A stretch of 55,499 bases of DNA from an uncultured bacterium. Its GTDB lineage: Bacteria > Bipolaricaulota > Bipolaricaulia > UBA7950 > UBA9294. Below are positions 29,111-38,977 of this stretch, one piece after another (position 1 is the first letter of the stretch; every line of letters starts with the position of its first letter). The DNA is taken from NCBI GenBank assembly GCA_913009415.1, contig CAJVYM010000002.1, forward strand, positions 1-55,499, written 5' to 3'. The translations under genes were made by a program, and so were the position numbers. The notes below the pieces were generated by a model. The model searched no databases. It had not been told where the DNA came from and saw only the letters and a program-made list of their open reading frames with translations.

Positions 29111-29153
29111 TAGGATTGGCAACGGGTGACTGACACATCACAGGGGGAAAAAG

Positions 29154-29702
29154 TTGATACGCTTCAACATCCCAAATCAGATAACGCTTGCTCGTATCGC
29201 CAGTGTACCGCTGTTCATGTACCTCCTTCTGATGGAGAAGCCAATAGCGACGATCCTGGCGATCGTTCTGTTCGTGCTGGCGGCCGCCTCCGACGCGGTC
29301 GATGGCTACCTCGCGCGTAGCATGAAGCAGACGACTGTGTTCGGCAAGTTCGCCGATCCGATCGCTGATAAGCTGCTCATCGCCGGGGCGTTGATCGCGT
29401 TTGTGCAGCTGGGCGAGCTGAGCGCGGCCGTAACGATGATCATTATCTCACGTGAGTTCCTCGTCACCGGCCTACGGATCATGGCAATCGCCGAGGGAAA
29501 GGTGATCGCCGCAAGCCCGCTGGGTAAATTGAAGACCATGTCGCACATCGGCCTCGTGCTGATCATCCTCAGTGGCCGCTATTTCTCGCTTGGCCCGGCC
29601 CTATCAACGACGAAGGCGGTATTTGTCTACCTGGCAATAGCACTTGCCATCATCTCCGGGGGGGAGTACTTCTACCGCTCTCGACAACTGTTCGTGCGTT
29701 GA
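29154..29702 (+). CDS. pgsA: CDP-diacylglycerol--glycerol-3-phosphate 3-phosphatidyltransferase
   Basis: 182 aa, TTG start. CDP-alcohol phosphatidyltransferase motif DAVDGYLAR...GKFADPIADK. Confidence 0.9.
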   Translation: MIRFNIPNQITLARIASVPLFMYLLLMEKPIATILAIVLFVLAAASDAVDGYLARSMKQTTVFGKFADPIADKLLIAGALIAFVQLGELSAAVTMIIISREFLVTGLRIMAIAEGKVIAASPLGKLKTMSHIGLVLIILSGRYFSLGPALSTTKAVFVYLAIALAIISGGEYFYRSRQLFVR

Positions 29703-29810
29703 GCGTGGCGTTTGTCTCGTTCTCTATGCACAAATACGCGGGACAAGTGTGACAAGTATTACCACAATGGCGATCTCCATTGACGACACTCTCTATTGGA
29801 GGCGGAGTCT

Positions 29811-32800
29811 ATGCTTACTCGCGTGTTGCGTGTTGTTGTTGGAGCGTTTCTGGTTATTGTCGTGTCCGTCAGTCTGGTGCTGGGAAGTGTTGCGTCCATC
29901 AGCCTTAGTGTCTCGCCTCATCCGGTTGCCCGCTGGGCCAAGCTGACATACGAGGTAAAAGTCACCAACGGCGACAGTGCGACTGATCTCACAGTGAATG
30001 ACCCACTTCCTAAGGGGCTTGATCAGTACAACGCCACCTATAGCGTGGACGGCGGCGACTGGCATACGCTCCCGCCGCGCGGGAGGATTCAACTGGGGAC
30101 GGTTGGCACGGAAGCGCGGGTTACGGTTCAGATCAAGTCACGCGTGGAATCGACCGCACCAGCAAGGTTGACCAATACAGCGGAGCTCACCGACGGATCG
30201 ACCATGCATAAGTCGGCAAGCGTGACGGTGAATGTTCTGCCCTCTGTGGATGCCGGACCAGACATGATGGTCCGCTTGGGCGCTACAACCACCTTTTCCG
30301 ATGCCTGGGCGGGTGATGGAGGAGGAGCAATTGCCTCCTACGCGTGGGAAGCGCCCACGGGTGGAACACCCGTGGGGACGTTCGTCGATCCATCGGTCAT
30401 CCACCCCACCTACACGGCTCCGATGGTGAGCGGCGCGGTACGGATGACCTTAACTGTCACCGATGCGGACGGCGGCATAGCAAGAGACTCGTTCTGGCTA
30501 AGCGTAAATTCGTTTCCCACTGCCAATGCCGGCAGCGATAAGCAAGTGGACGAAGACCAGGACGTGAAACTTAGCGATGCCAGCGCCAACGATAACGACG
30601 GATGGATCCAGTCTTACGAATGGGATGACGGCGGGGCCGGTGGATCGTTTGACGACCCACACGTACTGCACGCCACTTACACCGCGCCGAGCGTCGATAG
30701 CTGTGCTGGAAAGGATGTTACACTTACGTTGACGGTCACCGACGACCTCGGCGCGACAGGGAAGGATGAGGTGCAGATCCACGTCGCAAACGTTAATCAC
30801 CGCCCGCAGGTCAGTGCCGGCGACGATCAGGCCGTGCACCCGGGCGATCACGTCACGCTATCCGGCACGGCGACGGATGCGGATGGTTCACTGGCGGATG
30901 TTCATTGGGAACAGGTCGGTGGCTCGACCGTCGTTCTCTCCGATCCAAGCGCGCTTGACGCAACATTCACCGCCCCGAACAGCGAGGCGACGCTTCGCTT
31001 GAAGCTTGTGGCAACAGATGGTTGCGGTGCCACCGCAAGCGATGAGACCGTGATCAGCGTGAGATCAGTGCCTGTTCCTCCGCCTCCGGCAAAGACTGCG
31101 AAGATCACAATTAAGAAGGTCGCGGATCGGACGGAGGCAGAACTTGGAGAGACGATCACCTACACCTACACCGTGACCAATACAGGCAAGGTAACGCTCT
31201 CCGCGCTGAGCGCAACGGATGACAAGCTTGGTCCGATCAGTCTGGGAAAGGATGTGCTGGCACCGGGAAAGACGACAAGCAGCAGCGCCGAGCTCACGGT
31301 GAGCCCCGATCTCTTCCCCGGCCCGATCGTAAACACGGTCACAGTGAGCGCGCAGACCGAGGATGGAGGCCAGGTCACGGATAGTGCGAGCGTAAGCGTA
31401 TCACTACGTTCCAACCCCGCGGGGATAGAGATAACACTCGCCGCGCAGGACAGTCGCGGTTTTCCCATCTCCCCGTTTGATTTGTTGTCGGTGGGGGAGG
31501 AGATCACCTACGTGTACACGATCACCAACACGGGTGAGAGTGTCCTCGATAATCTAACACTGTTCGATGAACGCCTAGGATCGATCCCTCTCTCTCGCAA
31601 GAAGCTTGCGCCGTGGGGAAGCCTGACTGGGTCGTTTACAGTGACGATCACCGAGGAAGATCTTCCCGGGGCGTTCTCCGATACGGTGACCGTGACGGCG
31701 ACCGATCCCTCGGGCAAGAGCCTGCAAGCAAGCGATACACTAGTTTTGTACGGTCTTTCGACCTCTGGCGATCTGAAACTCTCGAAGACGTGCGACACCG
31801 ACACGGCAGCGGTCGGCGATGTTATTACCTACACATACACGATCATAAATATCGGCAAGACGACGATAACTGACTTGGTCCTTACAGACGACCATCTTGG
31901 GGATGTCTCCCTTCCGACGCGTGTGCTCGCTCCGGGACAGACGATCGTCGCTTACGCGAAGTACACGGTCAGTAAAGACGATCTCCCCGGGCCGCTCACC
32001 AATACCGCATCGATCACGGGGACGGGGTTCACAGGTGAAGGGACGAGTAGCAACACATCATTGAGCATCGAAGTGACAGAGGCAAGTGTCGGTGGAGGAG
32101 GGAGTGTCGCTCAGTCGCTCGATGGTAGAGTGATCATCAACGAGATCGCGTGGGCGGGCACACCGGCCAGCCCGGCCGATGAATGGATCGAGCTGCGCAA
32201 TCTGGGCTCGACCCCGGTCGATTTGACCGGATGGACTGTCTGTTGGTATCGCAAGGGAAATACCGTACCACCGAAGGATCAGTGGACACGTGTGCCGCTT
32301 AGCGGCACGATCAGCCCGTCGCCGATCGATCTCTCCGTGCCGCACACTCCCGGTTCGCAGATCGCATTCATCGCTTCGAGTGGGAACACCTGGCGTGTGG
32401 TCGACATGTCGTGGTGGGCCGCTGGAAAGGGCGACGGTGAAGGTCACGGCTACTACATGCTTGAGCGACGAGGCCAATACACCGTGAGCGACGTGCCGGC
32501 CAATCTGATCTACGACAAGAATACGACCTACAAATACATCCTCCCGGATAGCGGGGCCGTTGTGCTCTTGATCGACGCGAAGGGAAACGTCGTGGACACG
32601 GCAAACGACGAGCACCCAAGCATGCCCGGATGGCCGGCGGGAAATGTTGATAGTTGTGCCACGATGGAGCGCAGCGATCCTTTAAGTGGCGATCTGGACT
32701 CCAATTGGCATACGAATCCCGGTATCCTCACCAGTGGCCATGACGCGGCTGGTGACCGCCTCATCGCAAGCGCTGGAAAACCGAATTCCCCTTCCCTAGA

Positions 32801-33089
32801 TGAGCTGACTTTCCTTGCTCAAGATAAAATCACGCCGATTGAAGCAACGAAAACAGTTGATGTATCCCTTCCAGGCGGCGGGAAGCCGCGCATCAAGGTA
32901 GCGGTACTTGGCCTTAAAGAAGTGGCTGGTGGCGGAGCCGCGGCATCCGGTCTGTCCTTCTCAACCCACTACTTCAAGGAAAAATCTCTTCTCACCATAG
33001 ATACGACGTCGCTTGCCAGTGGAACGTATTTCGTGTGGATAACCAACAGCGCTGGGGAAGCGACCCTCGTCCCGTTTTCGGTCAAGTAG
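29811..33089 (+). CDS. large secreted/cell-surface protein with DUF11-type repeats, PKD-like domains and a lamin-tail domain (LTD)
   Basis: ATG 29811, 8 nt after GGAGG, followed by a signal/TM segment. Repeated ITYTYTVTNTGKVTL / ITYVYTITNTGESVL / ITYTYTIINIGKTTI modules. PKD-like units: DAGPD...SYAWE, ANAGSD...SYEWDD and SAGDD. LTD: VIINEIAWAGTPASPADEWIELRNLGSTPVDLTGWTV. Confidence 0.8.
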   Translation: MLTRVLRVVVGAFLVIVVSVSLVLGSVASISLSVSPHPVARWAKLTYEVKVTNGDSATDLTVNDPLPKGLDQYNATYSVDGGDWHTLPPRGRIQLGTVGTEARVTVQIKSRVESTAPARLTNTAELTDGSTMHKSASVTVNVLPSVDAGPDMMVRLGATTTFSDAWAGDGGGAIASYAWEAPTGGTPVGTFVDPSVIHPTYTAPMVSGAVRMTLTVTDADGGIARDSFWLSVNSFPTANAGSDKQVDEDQDVKLSDASANDNDGWIQSYEWDDGGAGGSFDDPHVLHATYTAPSVDSCAGKDVTLTLTVTDDLGATGKDEVQIHVANVNHRPQVSAGDDQAVHPGDHVTLSGTATDADGSLADVHWEQVGGSTVVLSDPSALDATFTAPNSEATLRLKLVATDGCGATASDETVISVRSVPVPPPPAKTAKITIKKVADRTEAELGETITYTYTVTNTGKVTLSALSATDDKLGPISLGKDVLAPGKTTSSSAELTVSPDLFPGPIVNTVTVSAQTEDGGQVTDSASVSVSLRSNPAGIEITLAAQDSRGFPISPFDLLSVGEEITYVYTITNTGESVLDNLTLFDERLGSIPLSRKKLAPWGSLTGSFTVTITEEDLPGAFSDTVTVTATDPSGKSLQASDTLVLYGLSTSGDLKLSKTCDTDTAAVGDVITYTYTIINIGKTTITDLVLTDDHLGDVSLPTRVLAPGQTIVAYAKYTVSKDDLPGPLTNTASITGTGFTGEGTSSNTSLSIEVTEASVGGGGSVAQSLDGRVIINEIAWAGTPASPADEWIELRNLGSTPVDLTGWTVCWYRKGNTVPPKDQWTRVPLSGTISPSPIDLSVPHTPGSQIAFIASSGNTWRVVDMSWWAAGKGDGEGHGYYMLERRGQYTVSDVPANLIYDKNTTYKYILPDSGAVVLLIDAKGNVVDTANDEHPSMPGWPAGNVDSCATMERSDPLSGDLDSNWHTNPGILTSGHDAAGDRLIASAGKPNSPSLDELTFLAQDKITPIEATKTVDVSLPGGGKPRIKVAVLGLKEVAGGGAAASGLSFSTHYFKEKSLLTIDTTSLASGTYFVWITNSAGEATLVPFSVK

Positions 33090-33216
33090 GCGTCGATCAC
33101 CAGGTGCATCTGCTTGTGGCGGGCAACATCTCTTGGTGTGAATGGCACTTACATTACGCTGAGTCTACAGTTACTAGCTAAAAATGATGTTACATACCTG
33201 AAGTGGATTCAGTGTC

Positions 33217-33627
33217 TCAGTGGTAGTGGCGGTACAGTGCCTGCAGCGCCCGTTCGTTACTAGAACAGGTAAGAACAACGATACCCGTCTTACCTTCCAG
33301 TGGTACAGTGGCGTATAGCTCGTCTATCGCTATCGCTTTGCGCGCCAGCGCTTCACTGACGCGACACAGGAACCCTGGATGGTGTGGAATCTCCACAACC
33401 AAGACGCTGCGCTCTTTCACGGCGAAATCGGCCTTGCGCAGGGCATCGCGTGCATAGGACTGCGAATTTGTGATGAGGTGAATCGCGGTCTCGCTATCAT
33501 CAGTCTTCACCACGACGGAGAGGATGTTGATCCCCATGTCGCTTAGGATGCGAATCACCTTGGCCAGGGCCCCGATTTCGTTTGTGGCACGAACTATTAT
33601 CTCTTGTAGTATACGTATATCGCGCAT
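33217..33627 (-). CDS. ACT domain-containing protein (tandem ACT)
   Basis: 136 aa. IVRATNEIGALAKVIRILSDMGINILSV and a second unit VVEIPHHPGFLCRVSEALARKAIAIDELY. Confidence 0.7.
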   Translation of the reverse strand: MRDIRILQEIIVRATNEIGALAKVIRILSDMGINILSVVVKTDDSETAIHLITNSQSYARDALRKADFAVKERSVLVVEIPHHPGFLCRVSEALARKAIAIDELYATVPLEGKTGIVVLTCSSNERALQALYRHYH

Positions 33628-33759
33628 TACTTAATCTCCAACCCCTATTCTATGAGGATCTACCAAGTTGAACTGGGCGCATGGCCCGATAAGAATAGAC
33701 ATTCGCCCGTTTCGTTTTTCGAATCTGGCCGCCTGAATGGTCAGAGAAGGTGCCTGCCC

Positions 33760-34344
33760 TTATCCGCTGGGTGGTAGGTGTTGTATCGTTTCAAGTACAA
33801 GCTGCGCCGTACGTTCAACGCTTCCTTCCGCGTTAATCTCGATAGTTTGTCCCTCCTTCGGCGATGTTAGATGGCGCTGTAAATGCTGCGCTCGACCGGC
33901 GGTACGAAGCCGCTTTGCGCGAGTTTCGCGGCTGGCTACGAGCCATAGAATTGCATCAAACAAGGAGTAATCGACGTGCGGGGAGAGGCCGAGGAGCGCT
34001 CCCTCGAAGAAGAGAAGCTGTGTCCCTTTTGTTTCCTCCTCTCCTATGACTGCACGCAGCTTCTCGTTCAACGCCGGATGGACGATCGCGTTCAGGTCTG
34101 CAAGCGCCTTGCTATCGGAAAAGACGATCTGCGCCAGTTTCGATCTGTCGATCTCTGCGTCTGCCGCGAGGATCATTCTCCCAAATCGGGAGACGAGCTG
34201 TCTGTACGTCTTGCTGTTTGGGCGATAGCACTGCCATGCCAGTGGGTCCAGGTCAATCCACGTAACCCCTTCACGCTCTCCTAGAAGTCTCCCGACAGCG
34301 CTCTTCCCACAGCCGGCTTCACCGGCAAGTCCGATTACCTTCAT
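33760..34344 (-). CDS. coaE: dephospho-CoA kinase
   Basis: ATG 34344, 4 nt after GGGAGGG. MKVIGLAGEAGCGKSAV (P-loop), with length and layout typical of CoaE. Confidence 0.85.
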   Translation of the reverse strand: MKVIGLAGEAGCGKSAVGRLLGEREGVTWIDLDPLAWQCYRPNSKTYRQLVSRFGRMILAADAEIDRSKLAQIVFSDSKALADLNAIVHPALNEKLRAVIGEEETKGTQLLFFEGALLGLSPHVDYSLFDAILWLVASRETRAKRLRTAGRAQHLQRHLTSPKEGQTIEINAEGSVERTAQLVLETIQHLPPSG

Positions 34345-34550
34345 CGACCCTCCCACTCTTCACAAACGAACCCGGCCCCTTGCGTCCTTGCGCCATCTTG
34401 ATATGTCCACAAATCCGGCAGTGAGCCACATACTGAAACGATACCTGTGTGCGATACAGATGGCAATACGCGCATGCGAAAGGAGCCACCGTCGCGGATC
34501 GGATGAAACTAGGAACGCTTAGGAGTGTAGATCCAAGCGAGGTGATCAAG

Positions 34551-35303
34551 ATGACAAAACTACAACGTTTCTTCCTAGCTGTGCTTCTCGTCGGTTTGAT
34601 GCTGGTTCCTGCCTTGGCAAACGCGCAGAGCGCACCGACGCCACTGGGGATCGTCCCCTCTCCTAATCCTGGGAGCCTGACGGTCAACGTGTGGACGAAT
34701 AAGCAGACCTACGCGGTCGGCGAGAACGCGTTGATCTATTTCGCCGTTAACCAACAGGCCTACATCTACATCTACGATTTGCAGCCCGATGGTGTTGTGC
34801 GACTGGTATTTCCCAACGCCTACTCGCGGAACAATTTCGTCGCTGCTGGAACGCATGCCCTGCCCGATGCGGGCTACAAGTTTCTCATCACTCCCCCGAC
34901 GGGTCTGGAGAAGCTGCAGATATTCGCAAGTCTGATTCCGCTCAACCTGAGGCCGAGCACGTACACAGAACCCTACCCGCAGGTGAGCCCACAGGGGCTC
35001 CAGGGGAAGATCATGGGGATCACTCCGCAGGCCTGCTGGACAACCGCGTGGACGTCGTTCACCATTGTCGCGGGTGGATACGGCTACACTCCCCCATCCG
35101 GGTACGCGCCCCCTCCAAGCTACACACCGCCTTCATCCTGCTACTCGTGCCCACCCCCGTTCTTCGGTTGGTTCCCGGGTGGAAGCTGGTACTGGTCCAA
35201 TGGGCAGTGGCAGCAAGGGTCGCCCAGTTCAGGTTGGTACTGGTACTACGGGCCGGATGGCAGGTGGCACTTCTCGATCCGTATTCATATTGGTGGGAAT
35301 TAG
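34551..35303 (+). CDS. secreted DUF4384 domain protein with an aromatic/Gly/Pro-rich C-terminal tail
   Basis: ATG 34551 behind GAGGTGA. Signal peptide MTKLQRFFLAVLLVGLMLVPALANA. DUF4384-like core VWTNKQTYAVGENALIYFAVNQQAYIYIYDLQPDGVVRLVFPN. Tail: PPSGYAPPPSYTPP...GSWYWSNGQWQQGSPSSGWYWYYGPDGRWHF. Confidence 0.7.
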   Translation: MTKLQRFFLAVLLVGLMLVPALANAQSAPTPLGIVPSPNPGSLTVNVWTNKQTYAVGENALIYFAVNQQAYIYIYDLQPDGVVRLVFPNAYSRNNFVAAGTHALPDAGYKFLITPPTGLEKLQIFASLIPLNLRPSTYTEPYPQVSPQGLQGKIMGITPQACWTTAWTSFTIVAGGYGYTPPSGYAPPPSYTPPSSCYSCPPPFFGWFPGGSWYWSNGQWQQGSPSSGWYWYYGPDGRWHFSIRIHIGGN

Positions 35304-35344
35304 ACATACCTCCCAGGCAGTCAACCGCCCTCACTGCCGAGGTA

Positions 35345-35371
35345 AGAAGGCCCGCGAAAAGCGGGCCTTCT
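35345..35371. terminator. GC-rich hairpin between convergent genes (terminator-like)
   Basis: AGAAGGCCCGC-GAAAA-GCGGGCCTTCT forms an 11-bp stem. The T-tract is weak on both strands. Confidence 0.4.
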
Positions 35372-35441
35372 CCATTTCCACTCCCACCGAGACTTGGCAA
35401 ATGTGCCAAACCTCATTCTTCTCAGTTCTTACGAGTTTTAC

Positions 35442-36296
35442 TTAACCCGTCTCCTGTGCGCTTCCCACGACCTCCAGTTCTTTTTCTTCATACGCCACGG
35501 TCTTTCTGATTACGTGGCGCGGGCACTTCTCGATCGCTGTATCGACCTGAGTGACGTGGAAGATAGGAAGGTCCTTTTTCTCGTCCCACGTGACCGCTCC
35601 CTCCTCGGAAACCTTCTCGCAGATGTGGCAGTGGATGCACCCGTCCGGGCAGCGCTTGCGCCCAGGGATGTCTCGCTTTGCCTGGTAGTTGCAGGCGACA
35701 TACTGGGGGGTGTTTGCCGGGATCAACTCCGGAAGTCCCTGCGGGCAAGCGGTGACGCAGAGGCCGCAGCCTATGCATGTCTCCCAATCAACAACTGCCA
35801 CATGGTGCTCCTGGTCGATGGACATCGCTCCCGTAGGACAGACACGCACGCAATCACCTAGGGCAAGGCAAGAGTATGGGCACTCATTGAATCCCGATGC
35901 CAGTTGTGTCGCAGCGGCGCATGTCTGCAGCCCGGTGTACTCGACGATGGAGTGCGAGCCACCTGTGCAGTGCACGACCGCTTTCTTCCCGACGATCACT
36001 TCGGCCTGCAGGCCGAGGTAATCCTCCAACTTCTTCATCCCTCCCTTGTCCTGGGCGAGGATCGGGCAGGGTGTCTTGGCAAACACCTGTTTATCGTGTG
36101 CCACCGCTTGCGCGTAGGCGAAGCACCCGGGGTAACCGCAGGCTCCGCAGTCGGCTCCGGGGAGGAACTCCTTGACCCGCGCAGCCTCGGCGAGCGACTC
36201 GTCCTCCTTGGGAAGGACCTTGCTCGCTACGTAGATCATCAGCCCCGCGAAGAATCCGATCGAGGAGAGTATCGTCACAGTGATCGTAGCGTTCAC
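35442..36296 (-). CDS. rnfB: Rnf electron transport complex subunit B
   Basis: 284 aa with an N-terminal TM helix, CGACGYPGC, and several CxxCxxCxxxCP ferredoxin motifs. Confidence 0.9.
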   Translation of the reverse strand: MNATITVTILSSIGFFAGLMIYVASKVLPKEDESLAEAARVKEFLPGADCGACGYPGCFAYAQAVAHDKQVFAKTPCPILAQDKGGMKKLEDYLGLQAEVIVGKKAVVHCTGGSHSIVEYTGLQTCAAATQLASGFNECPYSCLALGDCVRVCPTGAMSIDQEHHVAVVDWETCIGCGLCVTACPQGLPELIPANTPQYVACNYQAKRDIPGRKRCPDGCIHCHICEKVSEEGAVTWDEKKDLPIFHVTQVDTAIEKCPRHVIRKTVAYEEKELEVVGSAQETG

Positions 36297-36872
36297 CTAT
36301 ACCATCCCCTTGAACGCGAGGAAGGAGAGCCCGAGTAGCATCGCCGTGATAAAGGCGATCGGTGTCCCCTTGAACGCCTTTGGCGTATCGGAAAACTCCA
36401 GCCGTTCGCGGATCCCTGACATGATCAGTAGTACGAGCAGGAACCCCGATCCAGCACCGCCCGCAGCGAAGACCGCTTCCCAGAAGCTGTACACCTGATT
36501 CACATTGATGAACGTGATACCGAGCACGGCGCAATTGGTGGTGATCAGCGGGAGGTAGATCCCGAGCGCATTGTACAGGGTGACGTTGGTGCGCTTAATT
36601 GCCATCTCGATGATCTGCACGAGTGAGGCGATCACGAGGATGAAGATCACCGTCTTCATCACTTCTACCCCGTAAGGGACGAGGATGTAGTAATAGATTG
36701 GCCATGTCACGGCAGAGGATATGAGCATCACCAGCAATACCGCAATCCCCATACTCACCGCGCTCTTTGTCTTCTTAGAGACACCGAAAAACGGGCACAA
36801 GCCAAGGAACTTGGCGAGGATCATGTTATTCACTAGCGCCATGCTGAAGAAAACGACGAACAGATTATTCAT
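36297..36872 (-). CDS. rnfA: Rnf complex subunit A
   Basis: 191 aa, polytopic, with LGLCPFFGVS. Confidence 0.9.
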   Translation of the reverse strand: MNNLFVVFFSMALVNNMILAKFLGLCPFFGVSKKTKSAVSMGIAVLLVMLISSAVTWPIYYYILVPYGVEVMKTVIFILVIASLVQIIEMAIKRTNVTLYNALGIYLPLITTNCAVLGITFINVNQVYSFWEAVFAAGGAGSGFLLVLLIMSGIRERLEFSDTPKAFKGTPIAFITAMLLGLSFLAFKGMV

Positions 36873-37479
36873 TCTTGGTCACCCCCATCCACCTGAAGAG
36901 AGCGAGGAGCGTACCGACGACGAGGAACGCCCCCATCGGGAGCATCAGGACCGATACCGGATTCTCGCTGAACCCGGGGATGGTGAACAGATGATGCCCG
37001 AACAGGTCGAGCTTTCCCGTCCCCAGCAGCTGCCGGATGAACGATAGCAGTAGTATCGCCAGACCGAAACCGGTGCCGATCCCTAGCGCATCGGCCATCG
37101 AATCGAGAACACCGTGCTTGCTGGCGAATGCCTCAGCACGGCCGAGGACGATGCAGTTGACCGTGATCAGCGGAAGGTAAATTCCTAGCGACTTGCTCAG
37201 CGCAGGAACAAATCCCTGCATCATCAGGTCGACGATGCTCACCAGCGTGGCGATGATAACGATGAATACAGGGATCCTCACCTTGTTCGGGACTAAGCCG
37301 TGAATCAATGAGATGAGGATATTCGACGCCACGAGGACGAACACGAACGCCGCTGTCATCCCGATAGCGTTATCCAGGGATGTACTGACTGCGAGCGTCG
37401 GGCACAGCCCGAGCATGAGGACGAACGTCGGGTTCGAACGCACAATCCCTCTTCTAAAGTTCTTCTCAAAGGAGCTCAT
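36865..37479 (-). CDS. rnfE: Rnf complex subunit E
   Basis: 204 aa, polytopic, with NPTFVLMLGLCPTLAV. Confidence 0.9.
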   Translation of the reverse strand: MSSFEKNFRRGIVRSNPTFVLMLGLCPTLAVSTSLDNAIGMTAAFVFVLVASNILISLIHGLVPNKVRIPVFIVIIATLVSIVDLMMQGFVPALSKSLGIYLPLITVNCIVLGRAEAFASKHGVLDSMADALGIGTGFGLAILLLSFIRQLLGTGKLDLFGHHLFTIPGFSENPVSVLMLPMGAFLVVGTLLALFRWMGVTKNE

Positions 37480-38021
37480 GAATTCCCTCCTTTCTGTTGA
37501 CTACCCAGCTCTCTTATGATCGCTTTCTTTACCCCTTCTACCACGGCGGAAGAACTGATCGTGGCGCCGGTAATTGCATCGATCTTACCGCCATTGCGCG
37601 AGAGGTTCACCTCGTTTATCCCCACGCCTTTGAACTGATCGAGGAAGGAGGGGTTGATGATCTTCGCGCCCAGCCCTGGCGTCTCCTGTTGAGTGATAAT
37701 CTTGATTCCTTGCAGCGACTTATTATCCGGCTTCACCCCGACGAGGATGTCGATCGCTCCACTATATCCTCGTCCCTTGGCCATAAACGCGTGCCCGATC
37801 GGCTCACCGCCGGCAAGGATGGTGTACAGGCCGCTATCCTTGTCGTAGTCAAACGACTGCATATGGGGAAACAGGGTGGCCAGCATATCAGCGACCGCCT
37901 GTTTCTTCGCCTGGATGATCTTGTCCTTGGTGATCCCGTTGGTCAGGGTGAGGGCGACAATGGCGATAATGACGACCAGGGTGAGGAAGATGACCGGCCA
38001 GAAACCTTTATTCTTGTTCAT
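37476..38021 (-). CDS. rnfG: Rnf complex subunit G (FMN-binding)
   Basis: 181 aa with an N-terminal TM helix and the FMN attachment motif DAITGATISS. Confidence 0.9.
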   Translation of the reverse strand: MNKNKGFWPVIFLTLVVIIAIVALTLTNGITKDKIIQAKKQAVADMLATLFPHMQSFDYDKDSGLYTILAGGEPIGHAFMAKGRGYSGAIDILVGVKPDNKSLQGIKIITQQETPGLGAKIINPSFLDQFKGVGINEVNLSRNGGKIDAITGATISSSAVVEGVKKAIIRELGSQQKGGNS

Positions 38022-38977
38022 GCCACCTCCTTCTTCGTCCTCTTAACCATCCCGAATACCCTTGGGTGCACATGGCGGTCGATCAGCGGGGTGAACGCGT
38101 TCATCAGCAGGATCGAGTAGCAGACTCCCTCGGGCATGCTCCCGTAGATGCGGATGATAGTAACGAGCACACCCGCTCCAACGGCGAAGATAACCTTCCC
38201 CCGCGTTGTGAGCGGCGTTGTCACGTAGTCGGCGGCCATGAAGAACGCCCCCAGGAACAGCCCGCCGGCGAGGATCTGGAAGAGCGGATCTTTCCCGAGG
38301 ACCCAGCTCAGCAGGGCAACTGTGCCGATGTAGAACACAGGAACCTGCCACTTGATCAGGCGGAAGGCGATGAGGATCAGCCCACCGATCAGGATCAAGA
38401 GCGCCGACGTCTCCCCGGCGCTCCCACTGACGTTTCCCAAGAAGAGCGCCTTGTACAGTTCACCCTTGCTCAACGTATAGGTGAAGCTCTCGCTCAGCGG
38501 GGTAGCGGTAGTAACACCGTCGGCGAGCATCGAGTGTACCGGTGCGATCCAGTGGCTAAGCGCGCCGGCGAAGGAGACGGTGACGAACGCGCGCGCGGCC
38601 AGGGCAGGGTTGAAGATGTTGTGTCCCAGCCCGCCGAACATCTCCTTGGCTACAGCAATGCTGATCAACGAACCGACGACCACGATCCATAGAGGAGAGC
38701 GCGGAGGCATGACGAGCACGAACAGGATCGCCGTGACGATCGCGCTGCCGTCCATGCGAAACGGCCGTCGTCGCATCATCTTGGCCCCGTACTCGATGAG
38801 CACGGCCGAAAGGATGGATACGGCGAGCATGAGCAGGACGTACAGCCCGAAGAAGTAGACCGCTCCTGCCGTGGGGAAGAGGAGGGCGAGGATTACCAGA
38901 TACATGTCCCGTTTGATCGAGTTTCTCCCCCGCAGGTGCGGCGACGGAGAGAGAACGAGTGGTTTGTTGTCCATCAC
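38018..38977 (-). CDS. rnfD: Rnf complex subunit D
   Basis: 319 aa, polytopic, with SPSPHL near the N-terminus. Confidence 0.9.
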   Translation of the reverse strand: MMDNKPLVLSPSPHLRGRNSIKRDMYLVILALLFPTAGAVYFFGLYVLLMLAVSILSAVLIEYGAKMMRRRPFRMDGSAIVTAILFVLVMPPRSPLWIVVVGSLISIAVAKEMFGGLGHNIFNPALAARAFVTVSFAGALSHWIAPVHSMLADGVTTATPLSESFTYTLSKGELYKALFLGNVSGSAGETSALLILIGGLILIAFRLIKWQVPVFYIGTVALLSWVLGKDPLFQILAGGLFLGAFFMAADYVTTPLTTRGKVIFAVGAGVLVTIIRIYGSMPEGVCYSILLMNAFTPLIDRHVHPRVFGMVKRTKKEVA

